Shown here in pieces: positions 49,216 through 59,764 of a DNA stretch of 64,000 bases (its first letter is position 1; every line of letters begins with the position of its first letter). The notes beneath the pieces were generated by a model that was not told the origin of the DNA, ran no database searches, and saw only the letters and a list, made by a program, of their open reading frames with translations. The stretch lies in the NCBI GenBank assembly GCA_964416155.1, contig CAYQCW010000010.1, forward strand, positions 24,484 to 88,483, written 5' to 3'. The position numbers and the translations under genes were made by a program. This DNA is from an uncultured Nitrososphaerota archaeon. Its GTDB lineage: Archaea; Thermoproteota; EX4484-205; JAAOZP01.

Positions 49216-50021
49216 TGAACGATTTCAATCCTCCTGCCAGACTCGTCCCTCATGAATCTTCCGAAATCGGAACCCAGGATTTTCTCACCGTAGAAAACCG
49301 GCCCGTCTACGCAGATCCTCAGCCCGAACGGGTCTAGCACGCATGACCCGCAGACCCCCAGCCCGCATTTAACAATCCTAACAAGAGAAACCTGGCAGGA
49401 AACACCGTATTCAACGCACTTCTCAGCTATCTTAACCATCATTATCTCAGGCCCGATTGTAAGAACGTTTTCGAAACGGTTTCTTGAAGCCACTTTCTCG
49501 AAAAACTCCGGCAAGGTTCCCTTGAAGCCCTCACTCCCGTCGTCGGTTGCCACCTGGAACCTTGCTCCCAGCTCCCTCAGCCTCCGCACATAGACGAGGC
49601 TCTCCCTGTCCCTGGCTCCCACCAAGAATAGGGTTTCAACATTTTTCCCAGCAAGACTCAGGTAGGCGGGTGTCAGCGACGCTGCCCCGGTTCCCCCCCC
49701 GACAAGCAGGTATCTTCCGGGTAGACTGAGGTTGAAGCCATTGCCATAGGGGCCTCTCAGGAAAACCTTCCCACCGGGCTTGAGCGACGCGAGCCTGGTG
49801 GAAGTGAAGCCAACTTTCTCTATCGTCAGGCAGAGCGTCTCACCCTCAGCAAGCGACGGCGTTATAGGTATCTCCCCGTCTCCAGGCCTCCAAACCATTA
49901 GGAACTGCCCCGGCGCTATTTTCAGTTCTTCACTAAGCCTGAGGACCAGTGTGTTAACCCTGCTCGTCTCGCTAATGTTGGAGGCGACGTTAGCCTCTAA
50001 ATAATAGTGGGAAGCGTTCAT
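49212..50021 (-). CDS. pyrK: Dihydroorotate dehydrogenase electron-transfer subunit
   Basis: PGQF, RGPYG, GGGTG, CGLGVCGSC...C.DGPVF. Confidence 0.92.
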   Translation of the reverse strand: MNASHYYLEANVASNISETSRVNTLVLRLSEELKIAPGQFLMVWRPGDGEIPITPSLAEGETLCLTIEKVGFTSTRLASLKPGGKVFLRGPYGNGFNLSLPGRYLLVGGGTGAASLTPAYLSLAGKNVETLFLVGARDRESLVYVRRLRELGARFQVATDDGSEGFKGTLPEFFEKVASRNRFENVLTIGPEIMMVKIAEKCVEYGVSCQVSLVRIVKCGLGVCGSCVLDPFGLRICVDGPVFYGEKILGSDFGRFMRDESGRRIEIVQ

Positions 50022-50025
50022 GCCG

Positions 50026-50970
50026 CTATATCAAGCCCTCTTGAATCCTCTCCATGTCCGAGAGTATTAGGCTTAGAACAGCCATTCTCACAGGTATGCT
50101 GAAGTAAACCTGTTTGAAATATGCGGCGTAAGGCGTGCCGTCTACTTCGCTCGAAAGCTCCCAGACTCTTGGAAGAGGGTGGAGAATCCGCAGGCCCCTG
50201 CTCGCCGGCTCAAGCGTTTTCAAGGTTATCGAGTAGCTCCCCTTCAGCGTCTCAGCCTCACTCCTATTGCTGAACCTCTCAGCCTGAAGCCTGACAACGT
50301 AAAGAATGTCGAGCACGCTTATCAAGTCTTCAATCCTCTCGTGATGGTTGAGCCTAACACCCTTATTATTCATCTCTTTAACGAAAACCTCCTCAGGCAT
50401 AAGCCCCCTCGGAGTTATCAGGTTAACCTCTCTGACTCCGAACAGGCTTAAACCCCTTATGAAGTCCTTAGCAGCCCTAGCATGCTTAACGTCGCCCATC
50501 ACGCCGTAGTTCAGCCCTTCTACAACACCCTTCTCCTTGAAAACAGTGTAGAGGTCTATGAGCGCCTGAGTAGGGTGGCGGCTCTGCCCCTCGCCAGCGT
50601 TTATCAGCGGTTTCTTAGCAAGCCGGGCAAGCCTACGCATCACACCGTCCTCCCAGTGTCTCACAACTATTACGTCGCTATAGTTGTCAAGCATTCTAAT
50701 AGTGTCCTCGAGGCTCTCACCTTTCTCAATGGATGTGCCCTCAGCAGAGGAGAAACCTATAACTGATCCTCCGAGCCTATGCATCGCCGACTCGAAGCTG
50801 AGCCTTGTCCTCGTACTCGGCTCGAAGAAGGCTGCAGCCATGATCTTCCCCTCAAGCATCTTAGTCGGCGCCAGCCCAGCCTCCAGGAAGACATCCGCCT
50901 GCTTAAACAGGGTCTCAACGTCTCTCCTAGTGAAATCGGTTAAGTCTATCAGATCCCTGTTCCTCCACAT
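50026..50970 (-). CDS. pyrB: Aspartate carbamoyltransferase catalytic subunit
   Basis: FFEPSTRTR, KGE, RH, HPTQ, HPLPR. Confidence 0.95.
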   Translation of the reverse strand: MWRNRDLIDLTDFTRRDVETLFKQADVFLEAGLAPTKMLEGKIMAAAFFEPSTRTRLSFESAMHRLGGSVIGFSSAEGTSIEKGESLEDTIRMLDNYSDVIVVRHWEDGVMRRLARLAKKPLINAGEGQSRHPTQALIDLYTVFKEKGVVEGLNYGVMGDVKHARAAKDFIRGLSLFGVREVNLITPRGLMPEEVFVKEMNNKGVRLNHHERIEDLISVLDILYVVRLQAERFSNRSEAETLKGSYSITLKTLEPASRGLRILHPLPRVWELSSEVDGTPYAAYFKQVYFSIPVRMAVLSLILSDMERIQEGLI

Positions 50971-51580
50971 TTTGAAAACCCTCCAAATATTTCATTATCC
51001 TCTCGTATTCCAACCCGGATATAAGCTTGTCCTTGAAAAGTATTCTTAGAAAGCAGTCCATCCTTATTACGGAGTGAGCCGTAATCCCTGCTTCCCCCAG
51101 CCTTCTAACACCGTTCTGAAGCCTGTCTAGAAAGACCAGCGCGTACACTACTCTTCCTCCTGAAGCACTAACCGATTTAACGGCGCTCATAATGCTTCCA
51201 CCAGTTGTTAAAACATCGTCTACAACAACCACCCTGCTCCCGGCTTCAAGCTCTCCTTCAACAAGCCTCCCAGTACCATGCATCCTTTCACCACTCCTAA
51301 CGTAAACCATCGGCACACCGGTTTTGAAAGATATTAGGGTTGCGATAGGTATGCCAGCGGTTTCAACACCCGCCACAACGTCGAAGCCCTCCCCGACCAT
51401 CCTCATCCTACTAATGTAGGAGTCTACAAGCCTTTCGAAAAGCCTCGGCCTGGAAACCAGAGTCCTAAGATCAACATAGTAGGGGCTTAACCCTCCTGAG
51501 GTCAGCTTGAAATCCCCTGTTTTAAAGGCGCCGGCCCTGTAAATATCTTTAACAAGCTCTTTGACCCAGGATTCTTCCAT
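50927..51580 (-). CDS. pyrE: Orotate phosphoribosyltransferase
   Basis: F.LTSG..SPYY.D.R, VVVDDVLTTG. Confidence 0.95.
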   Translation of the reverse strand: MEESWVKELVKDIYRAGAFKTGDFKLTSGGLSPYYVDLRTLVSRPRLFERLVDSYISRMRMVGEGFDVVAGVETAGIPIATLISFKTGVPMVYVRSGERMHGTGRLVEGELEAGSRVVVVDDVLTTGGSIMSAVKSVSASGGRVVYALVFLDRLQNGVRRLGEAGITAHSVIRMDCFLRILFKDKLISGLEYERIMKYLEGFQNVEEQGSDRLNRFH

Positions 51581-52286
51581 GCTCTCTTTTCACCTCTAAA
51601 GCTTTTTCAACAGGGTTCGTGGAACCCGTTATGCTCCTCCCGATTATCTCGAAGTCAGCCCCGGCTGAAATCCCAGCACCGTAGGGTGCTCCCTGAGCAC
51701 CGACACCCGGGGTCAGTATTAGGAGACTGCTGCCAGCCGTCTTCCTCACCTCCTCAACTATTCTAAGCCTTGTGGCTGGGGCCACCACACCTTCCGCCCC
51801 ATGTTTCAAAGCGATTTGAACAAGCCTGTCTGCAACCTGGTCTATAAAATCCCTTGAGCCAGCGTGGCTCATGCTCACCACGATTATCACCCCTTTTGCA
51901 AGCCGTTTAGCCTCGTTGAAAAGACCCTCTAAACCACCCTCGTACCCTATGAAGCCGTGCGAAATAACAGCGTCGAAACCAGCATCATAGAGAAGCCTGG
52001 AGGCGAGGCTGTTCACGTGTGAAACATCCGCCATTTTAACGTCCGATATGAACACGTAATCCTCTTTAAACCTTTCAACAAGCATGCTTAGACTGTTTAG
52101 ACCGGTTGAAAGCATCGTTGGCAAACCTATCTTGATCCCAACCACGTGTTCACTAAGGCTTTCACACAGCGCGCTCAGCCTGCCTAAAGCCTCAACACCA
52201 TTATGTTCGTCGAAAGCCAAGACTACTCTGCTTTTTTTCTCAAAAGCCTTCTCAAGGATTCTTCTTCTAAACCCGCTTTCCAACAC
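51549..52286 (-). CDS. pyrF: Orotidine-5'-phosphate decarboxylase
   Basis: LAFD, KIG, DVKMADV, MSH, TPGVGAQG, IGRSI. Confidence 0.95.
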   Translation of the reverse strand: MLESGFRRRILEKAFEKKSRVVLAFDEHNGVEALGRLSALCESLSEHVVGIKIGLPTMLSTGLNSLSMLVERFKEDYVFISDVKMADVSHVNSLASRLLYDAGFDAVISHGFIGYEGGLEGLFNEAKRLAKGVIIVVSMSHAGSRDFIDQVADRLVQIALKHGAEGVVAPATRLRIVEEVRKTAGSSLLILTPGVGAQGAPYGAGISAGADFEIIGRSITGSTNPVEKALEVKREHGRILGQRAC

Positions 52287-52373
52287 CGTTTTCCAGGCTT
52301 GCCACCGGCTTATTTTCTTTGCGGATAACCTTTAAATAGACGGGGCGACAACCTTCCCTCCTCGAATAAATCT

Positions 52374-53495
52374 GTGACAAAAAACAAGTATGAGAGGAAG
52401 AAGGCTGTAATAGTTCTTGCAGACGGGACTATTGCCCACGGCGAAGGCTTCGGCGCCGTAGGCGAGGTCGACGGCGAGTTTGTCTTCAACACCGGCATGG
52501 TGGGATACGTGGAGTCCATAACAGACCCATCCTACTGGGGTCAGATACTTATTCAAACCTATCCGTTAATTGGAAACTACGGTGTTAACCCTGAGGATTT
52601 CGAGTCGGACAGGCCTAAGATCAGGGGTTTAGTAGTCAGAGAGCGTATAGACACGCCCAGCCACCGCACCTCAGCGATGTCCCTGGCTGAATGGCTTGAG
52701 AAGGAATCCGTACCGGGTATTTCAAGAGTTGACACGAGGATGCTGACTCAGAAGATAAGAGTCATGGGGACTCAGCTAGGGATTTTAAAAGTGTATTATA
52801 ACGATGAGAAAATAGATATCGATGAGCTCCTGGATAAAGCTAGGAGGGTTCAGGATCCTAACAGGAGAAACCTCGCTGCCGAAGTCTCAACCAAAAAGGT
52901 TAATGAGCATACTCCTGCTGAAGAGAACGGTTACACGATAGTTCTTCTAGATTCCGGCGTCAAGAGGTCGATCATACTAAACCTTCTGGTGCTGGGCTTC
53001 AAAGTAATCCAGGTTCCACACGATACTTCTTTAGAAAGAATCATGAGTTTTGAGCCTGATGGGGTTCTTATTTCAAACGGGCCCGGAGACCCTGCGATCC
53101 TCGACTACGCTTTCAAAACCGTTAGAGGGCTAATCGAATACGGCCTACCTGTCTTCGGAATCTGCCTGGGAAACCAGCTTATCTCCCTAGCCCTCGGGGC
53201 AACCACTTACAAGTTGAAATTCGGCCACAGGGGCCAGAACCATCCGTCCATAGACCTTGAGACAGGCAGGGTTCTCATAACCAGCCAGAACCATGGTTTC
53301 GCAGTCAGCAAGGAGAGCCTAGAAGGCTCTGGGCTAAAGATTACACACCTTAATGTGAACGATGGGACGGTGGAAGGTGTAAAAATGGAGGATAAACCCG
53401 TGTTCGGCGTGCAGTTCCACCCGGAGGCTTCACCAGGACCTTTCGACGCAAAAACATATTTCGAGAAGTTCCTGAAGCTTGTAGAGAAGAACTGA
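52374..53495 (+). CDS. carA: Carbamoyl-phosphate synthase small subunit
   Basis: GE.VFNTGMVGY, TDPSY, SNGPGDP, GICLG, QNHG, QFHPEA. Confidence 0.96.
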   Translation: MTKNKYERKKAVIVLADGTIAHGEGFGAVGEVDGEFVFNTGMVGYVESITDPSYWGQILIQTYPLIGNYGVNPEDFESDRPKIRGLVVRERIDTPSHRTSAMSLAEWLEKESVPGISRVDTRMLTQKIRVMGTQLGILKVYYNDEKIDIDELLDKARRVQDPNRRNLAAEVSTKKVNEHTPAEENGYTIVLLDSGVKRSIILNLLVLGFKVIQVPHDTSLERIMSFEPDGVLISNGPGDPAILDYAFKTVRGLIEYGLPVFGICLGNQLISLALGATTYKLKFGHRGQNHPSIDLETGRVLITSQNHGFAVSKESLEGSGLKITHLNVNDGTVEGVKMEDKPVFGVQFHPEASPGPFDAKTYFEKFLKLVEKN

Positions 53496-53747
53496 AAGCC
53501 GCCATAAAACGAAGAATGGTTTGAGTTTATCCATCACCTGATCAGCAAACCCTTCTGGATCAGCTCAGCCATAAGCTTCTCAACAGCGTCGTAAACGTCT
53601 GCTCATAAGTAGTGCCCGTACAAACCAGCTTGCCACCAGCAAAGAGTAGAATTACTATATCGGGGTCATGCATACGTTGTTAAGCAAGGAAGCATTAATT
53701 AGCGACTACCAAAATCTTATAAACGCGCGCTATTAAAAAGAAAGAAA

Positions 53748-54221
53748 ATGAATTGGCGGAACATAGCTAAAATATCTGAAGGAGCCTACTGGGTAGGTGT
53801 TAGAGACTGGAACCGCAGATTGTTTGATGCTCTAATTCCACTTCCACAAGGAACAACTTATAACGCGTACTTAATAATCGGCGAAAATAAAACGGCATTA
53901 ATCGACACTGTAAATCCCGGCTTTGAAAAAGAGCTGGAAGAGAAGATCCTTAATGTTATAGAGCCCAGTGGAATCAACTACGTAGTGATGAACCATGCTG
54001 AACCAGACCATGCTGGCGCTATCCCATACGTCATGTCACTAAACACCAAAGCCAAACTGGTAGCCACAAGTAAAGGAGCTAAGATGGCCCAGATATACTA
54101 CAAGGTGCCTAAAGACAGGATAAACATGGTTCATGACCAAGAAACCATTAACCTCGGTGGAAAAACGCTTCACTTTATCGACGCCCCGATGCTCCACTGG
54201 CCAGAAACAATGTTCACATAG
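53748..54221 (+). pseudogene. Flavodiiron protein (FprA) 5' fragment
   Basis: GTTYNAY, HAEPDH, LHWPETMFT then TAG. The rest of the lactamase domain and the flavodoxin domain are missing. Confidence 0.85.
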
Positions 54222-54602
54222 CTTAAACCTTCTTTGCAACTCTTCTTCGACAGCATGCACTATAAAATCTATTACCTCTTTCGAGTCTCCTCTCTCAATA
54301 GCTTTCTCTGCCCGCGGCACCACAGGACCCCAATCCAACCCGGCTGGCTTAAGCCCCGTGTATGGTGCTCCCTCGCCCTCCCGGTGTAAACGCACCGCTG
54401 TTTCAAAGAACCAGTAATCCGCGACTTCAGCCGCTTCCTTGCCCAGTTTCCTAGCCTGAAGAGCCTTTTCAAAAGCCTTTTTTAATTCGTCTTCAGCCTT
54501 TTTCGGCACCCAAGGAAGTATAAGATTAACGTTCCCAGTTTCCAATGCTTTCTTCGCAGCCGTGACAACAGGCCCATCCATCGTATCACAATGCGGTGGC
54601 AT
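54222..54602 (-). pseudogene. DUF6448-like protein (HCDTMDGPVV), 3'-truncated
   Basis: HCDTMDGPVV...FFETAVRLHR.GEGAPYTGLKPAG. Family-like sequence ends at LQRRFK and the ORF then runs into antisense fprA (to 54039). Confidence 0.7.
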
Positions 54603-54754
54603 ATTCCCACCTCCAGTAATGGGATAATAGCGTAATTAGTTAAGCTTTTTGTCATGTGAGCCTAAGCTCACTATGAAAGAAAACTAGAATTTTCAAGCCT
54701 TTTTAACCACAAGGTTAATGAGGTTCGTCGAATAACCATATAAAACGAGGGGAG

Positions 54755-55200
54755 ATGCCGCCACCTGCCGTTAAAACATTAAGGGACCTTGTTTTCTGGC
54801 AGTACGCGAAAATAATCTCGGAGTCTGCAGGACTAGGGAAAAAGAATTGGAGGTTTGTCATGAGTAGGTTTAAGCAGTTTCAGGAGGGCGAAATCTTCTG
54901 GAACGAGATCAGAGAGTACGTGAAGGAGGGGGAGAAGAAGGATGAATTGTATCTTTTGCGGTAGAAAAGCAGATTTAACTATGGATCATTTGCTTCCCAG
55001 ATGCTTCAACGGGCTGAATGATGAGAAGAATATCATATTCGTTTGCCGAGAATGCAACTCTTCTAAAGGCTCAAGAAGGCTCTACGAGTTCTGGACCCTG
55101 AAAAGGGGCTTGGAAGGAGCTAAATAGAAGTGCCGGGAATAGCTGAAGGCAAATACCTGAAGCTTATTTATGAAGCTTTAAAAGAGAAGGGCTTTCCAAA
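54755..55200 (+). pseudogene. HNH endonuclease gene, frameshifted
   Basis: 54755..54964 and 54942..55127 join through a shift near 54947 (CIFCG...DH..P...N...C..CNSSKG). A second shift near 55125 continues as EVP.IAEGKYLK. Confidence 0.8.
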
Positions 55201-55344
55201 GCATGAACGCTGTTCCAAAATCCAAGCCCTATTATCACCGTTCTGGTTGGGTTAGCATCGCGAACCGTCTCAGGGCCTTTTCGAGGCGGCGCTACGTTCT
55301 CTATGAACCAAAAAAATAAAAAGAATAAGTGACTGCTAAATTAC

Positions 55345-56616
55345 ATGAAAAGAATAAAATCAATCCTCTTCGAGGAGATCGCTAAACCGATTAAGGACCT
55401 CGACAAGCGATTTAAGGTCCTTCTAGCATCCATCGGGTTGTTCGACTGGGCTAACAGTTTTACCGCAGGTTATAACCAGCTTTATGCTGTCTCCTTGGGA
55501 GCGAATCCCGTCGAACTAGGTACGTTGAGTGGCATGGGAGGCATCGTCTCCTCAACCATATCTGTTCCCGCTGGATGGTTGATCGACAGATACGGCATTA
55601 AAAGAATTTTAATAACGGGATTGCTTATGTCGATCCTCGTTTCAGTGATCTACGGTTTCGCGAATCATTGGCTAATGCTCGTTCCTGCGGTCATGCTGGC
55701 TCAAGTGAGCTTCAGGTTGATAATACCGTTGGCGGACTTGGTCTTCATAAGCACTAGTGAACCCGGAAAGAGGACTCGACTGATGGGCCTTTCACGAACG
55801 GTTTGGTCGATAGCTGCCTTGCTAGCGCCAATGATGGCAGCAGTGGTAGTGACCGCCTACGGCGGCATAACCGTGGAGGGAATGCGTCCACTCTACTTCA
55901 TTCAGCTTTTGACGATCGTAGCGATGACTCTCTTCATAGTTCTTACGCTAGAGGAATTGGACGTTCACCGTCGTGGCGAGGGCGTGGAGGGCCTCAGAGA
56001 GATGAGCTTCTCGGAAAGCTTTAGAGACCTCTTCAGGGGCGAGAGCTACCTTAAGAAATGGATAATTCTCATGAGCCTATGGCGCTTGGGTATGAGCTTC
56101 TCGATGCCATTCATCCCGCTATGGATGGTCTACGCCAAGGGCGCCGACCCCTACATCTTGGGTGCGGTTAGTACTGTGGGGTTATTGGTTCCAGCCCTTC
56201 TCCAAGTTCCTATGGGGGCGATTGCGGACAAGTTCGGTAGAAAGAAGACCTTTTTAATCATACGTCCTATCACATATGTCGGCACTTTTGTCCTGATAAC
56301 CGCTCCAAACGCTCAAACGCTGGTCTTAGTCGGATTACTGGGCGCTTTGGGGTTCATTGGAGGATTCGCCTCCCTGAGCTTTGTTCCCTTCATCACGATG
56401 TTCTGGGAGGCTGTTCCGACTGAAAAGAGAGGAAGATGGTTCGGATTAACAGGCGTATTCGAGGCCATCTCAGTGCCGGGCTTCCTCGTCGCAGGCTTTC
56501 TCTGGAATGAGGGTTTAAAGGAACTTGTGCTATTCCTGCCGTTGGTGATGGAGTTATTACTCATCGTGCCTCTCTTGTTGACCATCCCGGATAGAGTAGA
56601 TCTGAAGCGACGATAG
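55345..56616 (+). CDS. MFS transporter
   Basis: 12 hydrophobic segments; motif A repeats GWLIDRYGIK and GAIADKFGRK. Confidence 0.92.
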   Translation: MKRIKSILFEEIAKPIKDLDKRFKVLLASIGLFDWANSFTAGYNQLYAVSLGANPVELGTLSGMGGIVSSTISVPAGWLIDRYGIKRILITGLLMSILVSVIYGFANHWLMLVPAVMLAQVSFRLIIPLADLVFISTSEPGKRTRLMGLSRTVWSIAALLAPMMAAVVVTAYGGITVEGMRPLYFIQLLTIVAMTLFIVLTLEELDVHRRGEGVEGLREMSFSESFRDLFRGESYLKKWIILMSLWRLGMSFSMPFIPLWMVYAKGADPYILGAVSTVGLLVPALLQVPMGAIADKFGRKKTFLIIRPITYVGTFVLITAPNAQTLVLVGLLGALGFIGGFASLSFVPFITMFWEAVPTEKRGRWFGLTGVFEAISVPGFLVAGFLWNEGLKELVLFLPLVMELLLIVPLLLTIPDRVDLKRR

Positions 56617-56956
56617 ATTTTTAATTAATAGCGTGGCCTTCAAAAGCCCGGGGATCGGCTTACTAATCGCCGCCTCGTGTGCAATCGGGCTAATCGCTCT
56701 CGGAATTAAGGAAGGATTAAGCCGATAAGCAAAAGCAATAGATGCTTTGGAAGAGGCTCAGAAACAGGTATAGAGGTTAAATATTTTTCTGCCGTATTAA
56801 TGGTTAATAGCTGGCCATCCTACCTAAGAGACCATCCTCAGACTAACTTCTATTGTTTAACATTGTGGGGTTTCTGCCTTGCACTAGGATAATACTGGTA
56901 GATGTTTAAACATCAGGTTTTAATAGAAGAGGCTGTTCCCATTTGAAGTAGCGAGA

Positions 56957-57229
56957 ATGAGTCGGGAAGAGTTACTGTGACCGTGTGGGTTAAACTGCGA
57001 CTGGTTCCCTTTCTACGTTAAAGGAACTCGAGTTCACTTGTAAGTGGTGTTGTATCCGTGAAAAATGCGAAATAAGAGATTGTGCAAAAGCCAGGAAAAG
57101 ATCTGCACTTACTGCTCAGAATTTCCGTGAGAAAAACTTGGAATGTACAGGGGAATGGAAAAATTCTTCGGCGACATAAAGGAAGCGTTTCCGAACGGTA
57201 TACAACCTTGTGATTCACGGCACTGGTGA
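56957..57229 (+). pseudogene. DUF3795-like Cys-rich protein, decayed
   Basis: ATG 56957 MSREELL*PCGLNCDW..., shifted CKWC..KCEIRDCAKAR, then ICTYCSEFP*EKL; in-frame TGA stops and frameshifts. Confidence 0.65.
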
Positions 57230-57310
57230 AGCGGACCACCGGTTTGACCAAGCAAGCGTGCGCTTCCTAAACAGGAAAAAGTTTAAGTTTAGAGTAATGA
57301 CGTTAGTTAT

Positions 57311-59281
57311 ATGGAAAGCGAAAACCCCGGTCTGGTTTGTGGGACTCAGGTATATGTTGTTGGGAAAGACCCCGTCGTCAGTTTTGCAGCCGAAGAGCTG
57401 TCCCAGTATCTAGAAAAAATGACGGGGCTGAAGCATCATGTAAAAAATATAGATGTTTACAGGGCTGAAGAAGGTATTTACTTGGGTCTGCCTAAAGATC
57501 TTATGCTGGCCGGCGTTGACCTCGCCGTCAGCGAAGACGATTTAAAGGACACGATAATCCTGAAGACGGTGGGGCGATGCTTGTTTATTTCTGGCTCTAA
57601 CCCTAGGAGCGTTCTATTCGCCTCATACTACTATTTGAAGCTGCATGGGGCAGAATGGTTATGGCCGGGTGAAGACGGAGAGTTGTTGCCGAGCATTAAG
57701 AAGGCAAGAATAGACGGCTTCGACGTTGAGGAAACTGCTTCATATGTTCACCGGGGCGTATGTATCGAAGGGGCTGTAACGCCTGAGATGGTTATAGTTT
57801 TCGTAGACTGGATGGCTAAGCAAAGACTCAACGAGTTTTTCCTACAGTTCAAAACGTCGCGCTATTTCTATAACAGGTATTACGCTAGAAAATACAATCC
57901 GATGGCGGAATCCTCTCCAGAGATATCTGTGGACGAGGCTCTAAGACAGGACGCTAGAATAATAGCGGAGTTGAAGAAAAGAGGCATGATTGTCGAGCGC
58001 GTAGGCCATGGTTGGACCTGCGAATCAATCGGTATTCAAGGCCTCGGGTGGCATCCTGAAAAAGGCGAGGTTAAGGACGAGCAAAGACTGCTTCTAGCCC
58101 TAGTAAACGGAAGGAGGGAGCTGTTCGGCGGAATTGCCGTTAACACGGAGCTCTGCTACTCGAACCCTAAAGCGTTTCAGATGGTTGTCGACCATGTTGT
58201 TCAATACGCGTTGGAGCATCCTGAGGTTGACATACTCCACTTCTGGCTTTCAGACGGGGTGAACAATCATTGTGAATGCGCGGAATGCCGGAAAATGTCT
58301 CCGGCCGACTGGTATTCGAAGCTTGTAAACGCTGTGTCACACAGGCTCGGAGAATTGGATTGCAAGACGAGGATCGTCTTCCTCTGCTATTCGAACACTC
58401 TTTGGGCTCCAACCAAGGAGTTTGTTGACGACAAGTATAAAAACACCATCTTCATGTTCGCGCCAATAAGCCGTTGCTATCTTCATTCTCTCACCGACGA
58501 GAAGTGTTCAGAACCATTCTCCCTTGTAGAGCCTCCGAGGAACAGAATAGTTCCACCCAGAACAAACCGTGGGTTCATCCAGCTGCTCAGGGCTTGGCAG
58601 GAAACTTTAAAGTCAGACAGCTTTCTGTTCGACTACCATTTCTGGTTCGCATTCGGTTTCGACTTCCTTAAAGGGGATATTGGGAAAACCCTGTGGCGAG
58701 ACCTGCGTGACTTGGATAAAATTGGATTAAATGGTCTACTGTCCTGTCAAACCTTGCGCGCCTTCTACCCGACAGGGGTCAACATGAAGATACTTGTCGA
58801 AACACTTTGGAATAAAAACGCCAGTCTAGAAGAAATAAAGAAACGTTATCTCCAAGCAGCGTTCGGCGGTTCAGCAGAATTCGTTGCAGAGTATTTGGAG
58901 AAGATCTATTCGTTTACCGATGCGAGCAGCTATGAGCACAGGGAATACTTGTCGAAACCGGAAAACTTGGAGAAACTGCTTGAATTCGTTAAAGAGAGTA
59001 GGAAGCAGATTGAAAAAATCGCGCAGAACAGTGAAGGCCTGGTTCAAAAAAGGTCCACCGCCATTCTCCTTCACCACAATACTTTCGTCACCCTTGTTCT
59101 TGAGGCTATTGAACAGTATGTTCAAGAAAATTATGAGAAGGCGTTTGAATCAATTAAGAAAGCGTTAAACCATTTCCTGTCAACCGAAGACGAGTTTGTT
59201 AAATTCATCGATGTCTTTATAGTAAGTCTTGTGATGAATAGGCTTTCTTCAGCAATCCAGTCTAAGAGATTATTCGCATAG
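57311..59281 (+). CDS. DUF4838-like protein, putative glycoside hydrolase
   Basis: FAAEEL..YL.KMTG, GSNPRSVL.A.Y, W.WPG N-terminal module; ELCYSNP, FWLSDG.NN.CEC..C. Confidence 0.75.
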   Translation: MESENPGLVCGTQVYVVGKDPVVSFAAEELSQYLEKMTGLKHHVKNIDVYRAEEGIYLGLPKDLMLAGVDLAVSEDDLKDTIILKTVGRCLFISGSNPRSVLFASYYYLKLHGAEWLWPGEDGELLPSIKKARIDGFDVEETASYVHRGVCIEGAVTPEMVIVFVDWMAKQRLNEFFLQFKTSRYFYNRYYARKYNPMAESSPEISVDEALRQDARIIAELKKRGMIVERVGHGWTCESIGIQGLGWHPEKGEVKDEQRLLLALVNGRRELFGGIAVNTELCYSNPKAFQMVVDHVVQYALEHPEVDILHFWLSDGVNNHCECAECRKMSPADWYSKLVNAVSHRLGELDCKTRIVFLCYSNTLWAPTKEFVDDKYKNTIFMFAPISRCYLHSLTDEKCSEPFSLVEPPRNRIVPPRTNRGFIQLLRAWQETLKSDSFLFDYHFWFAFGFDFLKGDIGKTLWRDLRDLDKIGLNGLLSCQTLRAFYPTGVNMKILVETLWNKNASLEEIKKRYLQAAFGGSAEFVAEYLEKIYSFTDASSYEHREYLSKPENLEKLLEFVKESRKQIEKIAQNSEGLVQKRSTAILLHHNTFVTLVLEAIEQYVQENYEKAFESIKKALNHFLSTEDEFVKFIDVFIVSLVMNRLSSAIQSKRLFA

Positions 59282-59454
59282 GACTTGTATTCCAACGGTA
59301 ACGGTCTAATCTATCCTGCCGGTTTTTATCCTAAACTGTTCGAGGTCTAACCGAGTAGCGTGCACTAAGAAATATAGTATGTTCAGCACTAGACGAATTA
59401 CACGCCTACAATAACTAGTCGGGTAATAGCGCGCTTGAAAAGAAAGGAAACAGA

Positions 59455-59713
59455 TATCAAGATCGCGGAACTTTATAAAACCTGCGAGAAGCTGCTGAAG
59501 TTAGAACGCATTCATCGGACACTCCAAAATCTCAATATTGTCTTTAGATGAACAGCTTACGCATGCTGTAGGAAGCTTAAAGTGTATTCATAGAGGCAGG
59601 CTTTCTCCAGTAGATGCTTGTATTTTAGCGGCTATAAAGATGCTGGGAGAAACCATTGTCGCGACAGATTGCCGACTCGTGGAGCCTAAAATAGTGCAAG
59701 CCAAATTGATTTA
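59455..59713 (+). pseudogene. PIN-domain (VapC-like) gene remnant
   Basis: IAELYKTCEKL, then shifted LDEQLTHAVGSLK...RLSPVDACILAAIK..G.TIVATD; no start and no antitoxin seen. Confidence 0.6.
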
Positions 59714-59764
59714 GATTCCTTAGCATGCCGCATGTTCACTTAAGCACCGCAACCCCACTATATA

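Noticed and set aside
53496-53650. Protein-like reverse-strand text after carA
   Set aside because: Stops interrupt the candidate frames and there is no recognisable motif.
56617-56773. Hydrophobic reading GIGLLIAASCAIGLIALGIKE after the MFS gene, possibly another transporter remnant
   Set aside because: Too short to assign to a family.
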